DNA of 64,000 bases from Octopus vulgaris (GCA_951406725.2 OX597823.1:56544001-56608000); one strand, 5' to 3'. Shown: positions 29,321 to 42,404, counted from the stretch's first letter. Made by a program: numbers and translations. The notes: generated by a model not told the origin, from the letters alone.

Positions 29321-30662
29321 TTAGTTAGTTAGTTAGTTAATTTGGCTCAAAAGCAAATAGCAAGGCCATGTAGGGGGACATGGAGTTAAGTACAGGGTGG
29401 TGTTCATGTAAAGAGTTCAGGCCACTTGAGGTCCAGGGAGGCTTTGAACAAAGCGGTCGTCGGCATCTTCACCATCTCGTCTGGCAGCTTGTTCCACGGA
29501 TCCGCAACCCGGACGGAGAAAGCTCCTCTCCTTCGATTGAGATGAAATCGTCGCAGGTAGAGCTTTTCGGAATGACCCCGCAGCCGACGCTCCGGAGCAG
29601 GAGTGAAGAACAGCTCTTTCGAGAGGTTACACTTCCCGCTTATGATGTTGTGGGCGAGAATGAGATCACCACGGCGGCGGCGTTTTTCAAGAGAACAAAG
29701 GTCGAGCGTCCTCAGCCTTTCTTCGTAGGACAAATTTTTGAGACCATGAACCATGCGGGTAGCCAGCCTCTGGACTCTTTCGAGGTGCTGTATGTCTTTG
29801 AGGAGATAAGGAGAAGAGGCTTGAATCCCATACTCCAATATGGGTCTCACCAGCGTGACATAGAGTGGCAGGAATATGGCTGCTGTGAGCATTCCGAATG
29901 ACCGTCGAATCAAAAACAGAATTCCGCGCGCTTTGTTGGCAGCATGGACGCACTGGGCCGAAGGCGAAAAGGAGGAATCCACCAAGATACCCAGGTCCTT
30001 TACCTGATCGGTCCTCTCCAGCAGCAGACGACCCGGCTCGAAATCAAGTTGAGTTGCAGGAGTAGAGCCGACAGGCAGATGACAGCACTTCGACACGTTC
30101 AGACACAGGTCCCAATCGTTAGACCACTTCCAAATTTGGTGGAGGCATCGACGAAGATCCTCTATACTACCGCGAGGAGCGACCAGTTTGATATCGTCGG
30201 CAAATAGAAGGGTGTGTTGCGTGAGGTCGTCGGGCAAGTCATTTATGAAGACTAAGAACAACAAGGGCCCAAGCACTGAACCTTGAGGCACGCCACTGCT
30301 CGCACTGGAGACGTCGGACCGCGAACCATTAACTTGAACTTGGAAGGAGCGATCTGAGAGGAAGGCACCAACCCATCGTACAATATCCGGATGGAAACTA
30401 TATGCTTGAAGCTTGACAAGTAGTAGGCGGTGGTTTACCGAGTCAAAAGCTTTGGCAAAGTCCAATAAAACGATGTCAACAGCATCACTATCATCGAGGA
30501 TGCGCGTCACCAATTCTTCCATTACTAGTAAGTTGGTCAAGCATGATCTCTTCGGCACGAAGCCGTGTTGGGAATCAGTGATCGAGGCTGTGTTTAGGAG
30601 GTGGAGCATCATACTTTTCTTAAGGATGGTTTCGAACATCTTGCTGATTATTGATGTAAGGG
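29321..30662 (-). mobile_element. CR1-group LINE, 5' truncated, (TAAC)n tail
   Basis: Uninterrupted RT ORF, short 3' UTR, tetranucleotide tail (TTAG)n on + at 29321-29339. Confidence 0.9.
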
Positions 30663-30702
30663 CGTGTACATCGTCCGTTTTCCGTCCTTGTGTTGTATAC
30701 AT
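29404..30702 (-). CDS. Reverse transcriptase (ORF2 C-terminal part) of CR1-group LINE, 432 aa
   Basis: QHGF, RSCLTNL, DFAKAFDSV, GVPQGSVLGP, FADD, KDLG, LVRPILEY, LERVQR, RRRRGDLI; the first ~14 codons come from flanking DNA. Confidence 0.85.
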   Translation of the reverse strand: MYTTQGRKTDDVHALTSIISKMFETILKKSMMLHLLNTASITDSQHGFVPKRSCLTNLLVMEELVTRILDDSDAVDIVLLDFAKAFDSVNHRLLLVKLQAYSFHPDIVRWVGAFLSDRSFQVQVNGSRSDVSSASSGVPQGSVLGPLLFLVFINDLPDDLTQHTLLFADDIKLVAPRGSIEDLRRCLHQIWKWSNDWDLCLNVSKCCHLPVGSTPATQLDFEPGRLLLERTDQVKDLGILVDSSFSPSAQCVHAANKARGILFLIRRSFGMLTAAIFLPLYVTLVRPILEYGIQASSPYLLKDIQHLERVQRLATRMVHGLKNLSYEERLRTLDLCSLEKRRRRGDLILAHNIISGKCNLSKELFFTPAPERRLRGHSEKLYLRRFHLNRRRGAFSVRVADPWNKLPDEMVKMPTTALFKASLDLKWPELFT

Positions 30703-30914
30703 TCGAGGCTTTCTTCCAAGGGATCTAATGCGTTTGGCTTAGATTTCTCTTGGGGTCTGCCCAGATCGGAGCAATCTCAAGATTAATCAGCCGAAATTGC
30801 GAAGATGATCCGGTTCTTGACTGATGATTGAGGGCTTCGAATGTCCCGTCCTGTGTTTCTTGTGTCGTCTTCTAGGTGTTTCACGTTCTTGTCTCATTTT
30901 GTATATTTTTTTAC

Positions 30915-30999
<85 letters not shown>

Positions 31000-31003
31000 C
31001 GAA

Positions 31004-31437
31004 ACAGATATTGTGTCGTATAGCCAGCTGGGAACGATGTTTCCTGGGGCTAAACAGAAGTAACAATCGTCCCATCTAGGACATTCACATTATGTTGGCA
31101 AATAGACTTTACTTTAAAGAACTGTTACTGAATATCTCACTTTGAGAGATTTAGAAATAATACAGTTTATATTTATTAGATCAGTGACTGTGTGTTACTA
31201 TGAAAATGATATATTTTCGAACGGGAAGTCAGTAACGCCACCTAGCTAAGCAACTACTCTGTGCTGATGATGAAGAGCAATAACCCAGAAACCGGTTCAC
31301 AGATGTTGCTTTCTGCTGGATGGGGATGCAGGGCTCCCTGTTTGAAAATATAAGGACACAGATATTGTGTCGTATAGCTAGCTGGAAACGATGATTCCTT
31401 GGGCTAAGTAACAGTAACACCCGTTCCATCCAGGACA
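31004..31437 (+). mobile_element. Retrozyme/pLTR-like 354-bp unit with partial tandem repeat
   Basis: ~80-bp direct repeat at 31004-31083 and 31358-31437 enclosing one hammerhead motif. Confidence 0.65.
31258..31303 (+). ncRNA. Type I hammerhead ribozyme motif
   Basis: TCTGTG-CTGATGA-(17 nt, weak stem II)-GAAA-CCGG-TT-CACAGA; 6-bp stem I; palindromic stem III. Confidence 0.65.
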
Positions 31438-31479
31438 GCCAAGTTGTACAAAAAAAAGAAAATGCAAACAAACAAACAA

Positions 31480-31640
31480 AAAAAAAAAGACAGAAGACAA
31501 ACAGGTGAGGGAATAACAAATAAGTTGTATGATTTTGACACCCGGGACAAATAGAAAAGTCCTTAACGTTTTGACCCAAAGTTCTTTTACAAAAAGAATA
31601 AGTAAAAAAAAAACAAACAATGGAAGTAGGGAAAAAACAG
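31480..31640 (-). mobile_element. Degenerate subfamily B pLTR fragment
   Basis: Reverse complement AAGAACTTTGGGTCAAAACGTTAAGGACTTTTC resembles 9172-9210. Confidence 0.45.
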
Positions 31641-31996
31641 ATATACATATGTGTATACACACATATATACACACACGCACATAGACATATGTATATGTAT
31701 ATTTATGCACATATACAAAAATACATACCCAGACAGACACACATACATACAAACATACAAATATACGTATGTTTGAATATATATGTGTATGTATACATAT
31801 ATGTATGCATACAGGTGTGTGTGTGTCTGTTTGTCTCTTATACATCAAACCATGTAAATGTCTCATAATCCTTTCTATCTATCTATCTATATAGACACAA
31901 GACAGGACGTAGACCTGTACGGCAACAATAGGTCAAAATTGAGAAATGTCTATTTAAACATAATTACGCTGTAATGACGAATATCTATGTGAGCGC

Positions 31997-32069
<73 letters not shown>

Positions 32070-32142
32070 CTCATATATATGTATATGTATATATATATAT
32101 GTATGTATTTGAATATATGTATATATATATGCAAATATATAC

Positions 32143-32212
<70 letters not shown>

Positions 32213-32277
32213 CTTATACATACATATATATATTTATATGTATATGTACATATGTATGTGTATATACATATATATAC

Positions 32278-32324
<47 letters not shown>

Positions 32325-32893
32325 CACAGACATATGTACATATACATATAAATATATATGCATATATGTAAGTATGTATAGGTATATGTGTGTATATATA
32401 TATATATATGCATACGTATATATATATATGTATGTATTTGCATATATATATACATATACATATATATGGGCACACACACATATATATACACATACATACA
32501 TACATACATACATACATACGTACATACACACACACGCACATAATAGTATATTATATGTGTATAGGAGTGGGCATACACTACACTTCGTCTCGACCACCAT
32601 ACAATAACGCAGTTAAATTGCTATATAGGTAAATTTGTTCTGTATGTAATTAATTTTATAGGCCATTGGTCAAACGATATACACATGTACTTACACGCAC
32701 AAACACACACAAATATATAGGCATTCATCTATGTGAATATTGATTTGTATATATGTATGTTGATATTGATATATTGATATGCGACAATACGTACATAACT
32801 GTATACATATTCATATATGCACACATATACATAACCATATGTATGTATATATATATATATTTGTGTATAAATGTATGCATATATATGAATGTA

Positions 32894-32970
<77 letters not shown>

Positions 32971-32979
32971 GTCTATCTC

Positions 32980-33010
<31 letters not shown>

Positions 33011-33058
33011 TTCTGTCTGTCTGTCTGTGTCTGTCTGTCTGTCTCCCCCCTTTCTCTC

Positions 33059-33138
<80 letters not shown>

Positions 33139-33151
33139 CCTACCTACCTAC

Positions 33152-33201
<50 letters not shown>

Positions 33202-33262
33202 GTCTAAGATGTTTCGAACAGTGCAGTGTTGTTTAATAATAATAATAATAATAATAATGATG

Positions 33263-33296
<34 letters not shown>

Positions 33297-33301
33297 TGAT
33301 G

Positions 33302-33353
<52 letters not shown>

Positions 33354-33364
33354 TAATAATAATA

Positions 33365-33915
33365 ATGATGCAGTACCAGGCAGTGGCTCTCATGGCTTCT
33401 GATCTTAACTGATTGGAAGTGTCATCATGTACATTGTTTTGTCTTGGTATAAAAGATGGGCTACAGCAAATATTCTGCTCAATACCACAGATTTGCTTGT
33501 CAGTTGTTTGACCGTAACCAGTTGAGCATGTCCCTTAGTGGCTGACGATATGTGCATCTCTGATCACGAGCAGAAGTAGTGGGGGAGCATCATAGCCATG
33601 TGTTGAGAGGGATTCTTTGGGGTTTGAATAATTCACCTCTGGAAACATGGGTGTTTCTTTCAACATCCTTAAACAACCCTTATTCAGGGACCTTTTGAGC
33701 GGGATGGGCTACTCAACCTGAAGAAAATTCTAACAGGGCCCCACCTGCAAGGTCATGTGCTATTTATCTTGATATGAGATCACCATGTCGCGCACATATG
33801 GTTGTGATGCATGTGCCTGGTGTACCCTTATCAGACGGGTAGTCATGATGGGTATATTGGGCTTCGTATATTTTACCCCAGTGTCACTTTGATGGCATGC
33901 ACTGCTCTCTCACTC
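33365..33915. mobile_element. ~550-bp non-coding element in (TAA)n, copy 1
   Basis: Collinear, highly similar copy at 41800-42356; both flanked by (AAT)n. Confidence 0.85.
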
Positions 33916-33949
<34 letters not shown>

Positions 33950-33957
33950 GTAATAAC

Positions 33958-34017
<60 letters not shown>

Positions 34018-34104
34018 CCTTTCTACTAAAGGCGCATAGGCGGAAATTTTGAGGGAGAGGACCAGTCGATTATGTCGACCCTGTGTTTCACTGGTACTTC
34101 CACT

Positions 34105-34980
34105 AATCCTTTATAAAAGTGGACGTTCCACCTATCGTATTGTCCGATTGGCTGAGGGCTGTGAGCGCTTAAAGGCATTCCAGTTTCAAAAAACTCTCTC
34201 TCGGTCACTGTTTTACCCAAGACTGCAGCTCCGTTAAAGGAACTAGCTGCGGAGATACGTGTTTGGCGAACGGCGACCACACTTGTTCACTGTCAAGGAA
34301 ACACTGAAAATGTCGTAGCCTCAGCGCTTGTTTGCGTATCATCAACCACGGAATGCCCAGGCAGTGAGTGCTGATAGAAGACACACCGCCTGACCATCGG
34401 ACGCGTCCCTTCCACAAGAAGCGGAAGAGTATACGCTCCAGCGTAATCAGACGGTTGCCAGGACAAGGCACCAAGGCACGACGGTCAAGCGATAGTAAAT
34501 GACGGACACGACATACGCATTAGCTACCTCCACCCGACCTTTCAGGGATAGCTTTCTCTCGGCCTATTTTTGGGCGAAAGTAGTCACCCTGCTAGTTACC
34601 TTATCCCAGTTTTTGTCCAACTGGAGGTCCGGACCGAAGTAGGCTCCGAGCAATTTAACCGGCCCGTCCGTCCATCGCCCAACGATGCAGCTGGACGGCA
34701 TGGACTTGCTTCTCCAACAACCAAGCCGCAAGGCCATGGATTTTTCCTGATTAATTGACACTCCTGAAACCGCTTCGTAGTCCCTGAGTGTGGTGTCGAT
34801 CATTTCCATCTGTTTATGATCCGACACCACTACAGTGACGTCGTAAGCAAATGCCGACACGCATCTCCCATATGTTAGGTCACGCGGGATGCTTCTCAAC
34901 GCCTCTAATTTGTGTAGTAGTGGCTCCAGAGTCAGTACGTACAAGAGAGGGACGGAGGGGACAATCTTGCCGGACTGAGC
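34105..34980 (-). mobile_element. Tx1/L1-like LINE RT fragment (pseudogenised)
   Basis: SVRQDCPL, LYVLTLEPLL, AFAYDVTV, INQEKS, LLGAYFG, RKLSLKGR and FRFLWKG motifs, with frameshifts. Confidence 0.8.
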
Positions 34981-34982
34981 GA

Positions 34983-35014
<32 letters not shown>

Positions 35015-35039
35015 AATAATAATAATAATAATAATAACG

Positions 35040-35076
<37 letters not shown>

Positions 35077-35184
35077 TAATAATAATAATGATAATAATAA
35101 TAATAATAATATGCTAAATTATTATAATAGTTATAATAATTATTATTAAATTATTATTAAATTATTATTAAATAATATGCTGAT

Positions 35185-35553
35185 ATGCTAAATAGAACTG
35201 GATGCGGATATAAATGTTACGGCCAAACGATCAGCCACCTTTTATATATGGATGACCTAAAACTATACGCTGCAAATGACAAACAGCTGGAAACACTATT
35301 AAAGACAGTTCATGGATTTACCAAAGAAATAGATATGAAATTTGGATTAGAAAAATGCGCCAAAGTAACCATGAAAAGAGGAAAACTAGTTAAGAGTAAC
35401 AACATCACACTAGATGAAGCAAATGAAATAAAAGAATTAGACCAAAGCCAAACTTACAAATACTTAGGAATCCATGAACTAGATAAGACACAACACACAC
35501 AAATGAAAGAGAAAAAAAAAAAGAATATTATAGACGAGTTAGATCAATACTAA
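35185..35553 (+). CDS. RT domain fragment (YMDD...YKYLG) of Dong/R4 element
   Basis: HLLYMDDLKLYA, FGLEKC and YKYLGI. Confidence 0.8.
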   Translation: MLNRTGCGYKCYGQTISHLLYMDDLKLYAANDKQLETLLKTVHGFTKEIDMKFGLEKCAKVTMKRGKLVKSNNITLDEANEIKELDQSQTYKYLGIHELDKTQHTQMKEKKKKNIIDELDQY

Positions 35554-35687
35554 ACACAGAGCTCAATGCTAAAAACAAGATAATAGGTATCAACACTTTA
35601 GCTGTCCCAGTTATAAGTTACAGCTACAATATCCTTAACTGGACACGAAATGAACTGACCAAAATAGACAGGAAAACAAGAAAAATA

Positions 35688-36803
35688 ATGACAGGATCTA
35701 GGATGCATCACCCAAAATCTGACATAGAAAGACTATATATACAACGTATAGAAGGTGGTAGAGGCCTTATACAGCTGGAAAACTACTATAAAATAACCAC
35801 CATAGGACTGCAAAAATATCTACTTCAGAAGGAAGGAAAACTGATCCAGATAGCGGCAAAACACGAGCAAAACAAAAAACTGTTCTCAGTATTTAAGGAA
35901 GCTGACAAATACAAACAAGAAATCATACCACCTAATAAACATGAAGAAGAAGAAGAAGATGAAGAAACAACAAAAGCTATAAAAAAAATGAAATCCAAAC
36001 TAAAAATAGAACAGCAAAGAACCATGATAAAACGATGGCAAGAAAAGCCCCTTCATGGTAAATACTGGACTAAACTAAACGCAAAAGAAATAGACAAAGA
36101 AAAATCCCAGCAATGGTTGAGAAGCTCAGGACTCAAAGCAGAAACAGAGGGATTTTTAATTGCAGCACAAGACCAAAGCCTCCCCACCAGAAATTACCAA
36201 AAACATGTAATGAAAAGAAATATTACAAGTAACTGCAGAATATGTGGAGATGGACAAGAAACAATAAATCATATTATCTCTAGCTGCCCAGTCCTGGCTA
36301 AGAAGGAATATATTCACAGACATGACAGAGTTGGAACTTACATACATTGGAAGCTATGCCAACATTATGGAATAACAACAGAAAAAAGATGGTATAGGCA
36401 CACACCAGAAAAGGTCACAGAAAACGAGAAAGCAACCATACTCTGGGATATGCCGATACACACAGATAGAGAAATTAAGGCCAACAGACCAGATATAGTT
36501 GTCAGAGACCATGAAGAAAAAAAATGCTTTCTAATTGATGTATCAGTACCGGCAGATGACAACGTGTCTCTAAAAGAAATGGAGAAACTCTCAAAATACA
36601 AAGACCTGGAAATAGAGGTAACTAGAATGTGGAATCTGAAAACAGAAACAATTCCTATCATAGTAGGTGCATTAGGCATGATAAAAAAATATTCAGACAA
36701 ATACATAACAAAAACACCAGGACTTACAAACACATATAACATACAGAAAATTGCACTACTGGGCACTGCACACATCCTACGCAGAACACTTTCCATACAA
36801 TAA
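35688..36803 (+). CDS. C-terminal CCHC zinc knuckle and restriction-like endonuclease of Dong/R4 element
   Basis: RLYIQRIEGGRGL, CRIC..ETINHIISSC, RHD, RPDIV, IDVSVP, KLSKY, PIIVGALG. Confidence 0.88.
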   Translation: MTGSRMHHPKSDIERLYIQRIEGGRGLIQLENYYKITTIGLQKYLLQKEGKLIQIAAKHEQNKKLFSVFKEADKYKQEIIPPNKHEEEEEDEETTKAIKKMKSKLKIEQQRTMIKRWQEKPLHGKYWTKLNAKEIDKEKSQQWLRSSGLKAETEGFLIAAQDQSLPTRNYQKHVMKRNITSNCRICGDGQETINHIISSCPVLAKKEYIHRHDRVGTYIHWKLCQHYGITTEKRWYRHTPEKVTENEKATILWDMPIHTDREIKANRPDIVVRDHEEKKCFLIDVSVPADDNVSLKEMEKLSKYKDLEIEVTRMWNLKTETIPIIVGALGMIKKYSDKYITKTPGLTNTYNIQKIALLGTAHILRRTLSIQ

Positions 36804-36921
36804 CCATCAGAGCATCACAACAAATCACAGCACATACCCAAGGCACACAGAGCTGTGCTCGGTAGTGAAGTGAAAGCACGCTATAAAAATAAAAATAAAA
36901 CTACTGAATAATAATAATAAT

Positions 36922-37077
36922 ATTAGAGGAAATAGGTATAAAGCAGTTTAGTACAGCTCCAGAAAACAGTGTTATTAGGGACAGCTAGGATACTTAGCAG
37001 GGTATTTGATAGCTAAGGTTACTTGCTATAGCCTGATGTTAGGGATTTTTCTTTTCCAACAGTCTAATCTGTTGTGT

Positions 37078-37082
<5 letters not shown>
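36922..37082 (+). mobile_element. Dong/R4 extreme 3' fragment (family 2)
   Basis: VQLQKTVLLGTARIL, UTR and (AAT)n; matches 38820-38897. Confidence 0.75.
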
Positions 37083-37131
<49 letters not shown>

Positions 37132-37165
37132 GAGTATTGTAGTTCGCTTGAAGCATTGTGTATTG

Positions 37166-37331
37166 TTTGTAAAGAATAAAATGTTTTGAATGGTAAAACA
37201 ATGCACTATAATAGAAACAATGGGCTATATACCTGTTGTAATTTAGTCATGACTAAATTACAACAGGTATATAGCCCATTGTTTCTATTATAGTGCATTG
37301 TTTTACCATTCAAAAGATTTTATTCTTTACA

Positions 37332-37333
<2 letters not shown>
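37166..37333. repeat. 168-bp spacerless palindrome in (TAA)n
   Basis: 84-bp arms with one mismatch; centre TAGTCA|TGACTA. Confidence 0.95.
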
Positions 37334-37413
<80 letters not shown>

Positions 37414-38897
37414 GGGCAAGTTAATATCAAGGTGACACACTGTTAGGGAAAGTTAATATCAAAAGAGGAATTTTCTAGGGGGACTCGTTGTCTCCTTTAA
37501 TATCTGTCTTATGTTCGATCCCCAACAGTTTAGTTTTAAGGAAGGCAAGCTATCAGTTCAGAAATAGTAAGGGGAAATTAACCAGTTGCTCTACATGGAT
37601 GATCTGAAGCTTTTTAGTAAGAATGAAAAAGAGATAGATTCCTTAATACTGACAGTAAAACTCTTCAGCAAAGATATAGGCATGGAATTTGGCATAGATA
37701 AGTGTGCAATATTAATCACGAGAAAGGGACAGGTAGTCCAATTACCAGCGAAGGTATCCAATTACCAGATGGCCAGGCATTAAAATCATTGAAAGGAGGT
37801 CAGAGTTATAAGTATCTAGGAGTATTAGAATCCAACACGGTACTAACTACAGAAATGAAAGCGAAAATTGAGGAGTACATCAGAAGGGTGAGGGAACTAA
37901 TAAAGTCAAAGCTAAATGGTCCGAATCTAGTGAAGGCTGTAAAATATTTGGGCAGTATCATTATTTAGATACTCCGCAGCTTTTGTAGATTGGACAAAAA
38001 CTGAATCAGGAAAGCTAAACAGAAGAACTAGGAAGGAATTCAATATGAATGGAAGACTTTACCCAAGGGCAGGAGTAGCAAGATTATACTTACCTAGAAA
38101 AGAAGGCGGAAGAGGGTTAATATCAGTAGAAGACTGCATGGAATTAGCTAGAGTAGATATAGACTCATATGTAGGTAATAGCGAAGAAAGTTTATTAAAA
38201 GCTGCTAGAGTCACAGCAAGACATAAGGAAACCAAAAACCCAAACGTTAAAAATCAGAAAATTTAAAAATCAGAAAAAAGAGAACGGAAAATATTTGACT
38301 AACAGGAGAAGGCGTTGTTATGATAGATTCCCAAAGATAGTTGCAGCAAATAGTAGTAGTGAGACATGGTTGTGGTTGAAGAAAGGAAAGCTGAAGAGAA
38401 GAAAGCTCGTTAGTAGCTGCATAAGATCAAGCATTAAGGACTAATTATATAAAAGCCAAGGTTGACAAAAACTAAATAAATTCCCAGTGTAAATTATGCA
38501 AATCAAAAGAGAAAAACGTTACTCATATAGTAAGTGAATCTAGCATGCTGCCACGGAAAGACTTCAACATTTAGACTGACAGAGTAATAGAAGCTAGAAG
38601 GCCTGATTTGGTAGTAATAGATAAAGAGAACAGAAAGTGCCACATAATTGACTTTGCAGTCCCAAATGATGAAAGCATTAATAGGGGAAGTATAGAAAAA
38701 ATAACAAAATACCGGGATCTAGTTATTAAATTAACAGAGATTATGGAAAGTGCGGATAAAATGTATCCCAGTAGTTATAGGTGCATTGGGAACTATCTCT
38801 AAAGACCTGAACAGATGGATAGAGGAAATAAGCATAAAACCTAGTTTGGTACAGCTCCAGAAAACAGAGTTATTAGGGATAATCTGCTGTGTGTTTA
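37414..38897 (+). mobile_element. Degraded Dong/R4-type LINE (family 2)
   Basis: RGIF*GDSLSPL, YMDD, RLYLPRKEGGRGL, RRPDLVV, IDFAVP, PVVIGALG; (AAT)n on both sides. Confidence 0.85.
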
Positions 38898-38899
38898 TA

Positions 38900-38969
<70 letters not shown>

Positions 38970-38999
38970 GTAATAATGATAATAATAATAATAATAATC

Positions 39000-39332
<333 letters not shown>

Positions 39333-39355
39333 GAAGAAGAAGAACAACAACAACA

Positions 39356-39727
39356 ACAAGAGCACTCATAGAGTGCAGACCTCTGCAAAGGAAACACCGA
39401 CGTCGTCTCAACGATTAGCCAGAGATGATTTTTAAAATTAAAATATCTGAAATAAACTCGGCTACTCTCACAAACGAGAATGCTAAAAATGAACCCGAAC
39501 AATTAAGAAAAAATATTAAGTAAAAAAACGAAAAAATAATCCAGAATCCTTCTCCGGATCCTGGATTGATCCCCAAATCTAAATCAGTTCGTGCCAGTCA
39601 CGAGGCCAAACATCCCTGAAAGTTTCATCCTATTCCATCCAGCGGTTCTTGAGATATCTTGTCCACGGACAAACAAACAAACAAACGCAACTGAAAACGA
39701 TACCACCGCTTTAGCGAAAGCGGAGGT
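39356..39727. mobile_element. Putative non-autonomous Helentron (HINE/DINE-1-like)
   Basis: Sub-terminal IR ACCTC(T/C)GC, terminal hairpin CCGCTTTAGCGAAAGCGG, internal (AAAC)n; family assignment from memory. Confidence 0.5.
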
Positions 39728-39754
39728 AACAACAACAACAACAACAACAACAAC

Positions 39755-39802
<48 letters not shown>

Positions 39803-39870
39803 CCTTTCTGGGTATGGCACTAGTTTATTATTACATCGACCTCAATGCACGGCTGGTACTTATTTTATCG

Positions 39871-40098
39871 AGCTGGCAGAAACGTTAGCACGCCGGGCGA
39901 AATGCGTAGCCGTATTTCGTCTGTCGTTACGTTCTGAGTTCAAATTCCACCGAGGTCGACTTAGCCTTTCATCTTTTCGGAGTCGATAAATTAAGTACCA
40001 GTTACGCACTGGTAGTCGATAAAATCGGCTTAATCCGTTTGTCTGTCTCTGTTTGTCCTCTCTGTGTTCAGCCCCTTGTGGGTAGTAAAAAATAGGTA
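39871..40098 (+). mobile_element. SINE family 3, fused to a reverse-strand tail fragment (39800-39870)
   Basis: Homology to 23808-24042. Confidence 0.8.
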
Positions 40099-40839
40099 TT
40101 AAATATCTAATTTATTTGAAATTTATAAAGAATTTGGGAAATTTTCGCTCTCTTTTATCGTTCCTTTTTTTTTCACTTGTTTTGGTCATTGAACCGCAGC
40201 CATGCTGGAGCACCACATTGGAGAATCGACCTCCCCCACTACGTATTTTATCGGTTTCATTTGTCGAACAGTTAAGTTACGAGTCCTCTCTGTGTTTAGC
40301 CCCTTGTGGGTAGTAAAGAAATAGGTACTTATTTTATCGATCTCACAAAAATGAAAGGCAAAACCGACCTTGGCTGTCTAATAATAATTTTAATAATAAT
40401 GATAGAACAACACTTTAAAGAGAGAAAGAAAACAGCATACAACACACCGGATTGGACATTTTTTTTTTTTTGTTTTTCTGTAAGTTCTTTTGCTGTTGCT
40501 GTTCATGTTGTGATAGCAGTAAATAGCAGGCTTGGGGGAGGGGAAAAGACAATCGGTGAAAATAATTAAGCACCGAAGTCCCCGTGTGTTGCAAAAAAGA
40601 ATTTTGCCATTTGATGTCGACGATTCCTCTACACTTGCTAACCAAAGAGACTTCTCGTTGAATTCAGGCAAATTTATTTACCGGTTCAACACCTAAAGGA
40701 GATATAAGCAGATTAAGAGTTAGAGACTATGATCTTTCCAGCGTTCCAGTTGAGCAATCAATGTAAATGGAACTCAGATCCCTCGATATTACCTTCTCCG
40801 TCTATCTCACAGAACTCTTTCTTTCTTTCTTTCTTTTTT

Positions 40840-40871
<32 letters not shown>

Positions 40872-40878
40872 TTTTCGT

Positions 40879-40910
<32 letters not shown>

Positions 40911-40937
40911 TCGTTTTTGCGTTCTGTTCTTTTCTGT

Positions 40938-40985
<48 letters not shown>

Positions 40986-41653
40986 GTCGTCGTCGTTATT
41001 TTGTTTTCATTCATCTTATTCTCTCAGTGGGTTATTATGACGAGGTAAAAAAAAAAGAAATCAGCTTCTTTCTCCACTACCACCAGCACCTCCACCGGCG
41101 GCGGCAGCAGCCACACCACCACCACCACCACCACCACCACCACCACCACCACCACCACCACCACCACCACCACCACCATTCACCACCACCGCCGCCGCCG
41201 CCGCCATCGTCGTCGCCACCGCCTCTGCCGCCGTTACTACCCCCATCCTACAGCAACAACACGAAGTGAGATGTCGCCTAATGTAATGACAAATCACAGT
41301 TTATCAGAAACAACAACAGCAGCAGCAGCAGCAGTAGCAGCAGCAATAACAGCAACAAAAACAGAAGCAACAGCAATAACAAAACGAACTGCAACAACAA
41401 TAGTATCAAGGATAGCAACAACCAGAAGCAAGAATAAAGTCTTTTAACGAATGTTTGTTATATTTGACCCAAATTCCAAAGGAAACACGATTTGAAAAAT
41501 GAAAAAAAAACAACAAAAAAACAACAACAACAACAAAAAAATCAAAACAAAACAAAACAAAACAAAAAACCTCAGAAAACAGAGACAAAATATGAAAGAC
41601 AAAGAAAGTATAATGAAGAGCGATCAATAGGGGCAGGAGAAGTGGGAGTAAGA

Positions 41654-41697
<44 letters not shown>

Positions 41698-41799
41698 TGA
41701 TGATGATGATGATGATGATGATAATGATGACGACGACGACGACGACAACAACAACAACAACAACAGCAACAACAACAACAACAATAATAATAATAATTA

Positions 41800-42356
41800 A
41801 TGCCATGATGCAGTACCAGGCAGTGGCTCTCATGGCTTCTGATCTTAACTGATTGGAAGTGTTATCATGTACATTGTTTTGTCTTGGTATAAAAGATGGG
41901 CTAACAACAAATATTCTGCTGAACACCACAGATTTGCTTGTCAGTTGTTTGACCTTAACCAGTTGAGCATGTCCCTTAGTGGCTGACGATATGTGCATCT
42001 CTGATCACGAGCAGAAGTAGTGGGAGAGCATCAAAGCCATGTGTTGAGAGGAATTCTTTGGGGTTTGAATAATTCACCTCTGGAAACATGGGTGTATCGT
42101 TCAACATCCTTAAACAACCCTTATTCAGGGACATTTTGAGCTAGATGGGTTGCTCGACCAGAAGAAAATTCTAACTGGGCCCCACCTGCAAGGTCATGTG
42201 CTGTTTGTCTTGATATGAGATCATCATGTCACGCACATATGGTTGTGATGCATGTGCCTAGTGAACCCTTATCAGATGGGTAGTCATGATGGGTATACTG
42301 GCTTCATATATTTTAACCCCAGTGTCACTTTGATGGCCTGCACCGCTCTCTCACTC
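41800..42356. mobile_element. ~550-bp non-coding element in (TAA)n, copy 2
   Basis: Collinear with 33365-33915. Confidence 0.85.
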
Positions 42357-42388
<32 letters not shown>

Positions 42389-42404
42389 CAACAACAACAA
42401 CAAC

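Larger units (their letters stand above)
35185..36906 (+). mobile_element. Dong/R4-type non-LTR retrotransposon, 5' truncated, young
   Basis: RT (YMDD), CCHC, RHD and RLE domains; 3' UTR followed by (AAT)n; one frameshift in the A-run near 35520. Confidence 0.92.

Noticed and set aside
29120-30910. Hammerhead-like remnants at ~29204-29230 and ~30821-30846 flanking the CR1
   Set aside because: Too many core and stem defects to call; at most decayed relatives
33536-33600. Hammerhead in the 550-bp element (CTGACGA...GAAG)
   Set aside because: No GAAA and no valid NUH site in register with the possible stem I
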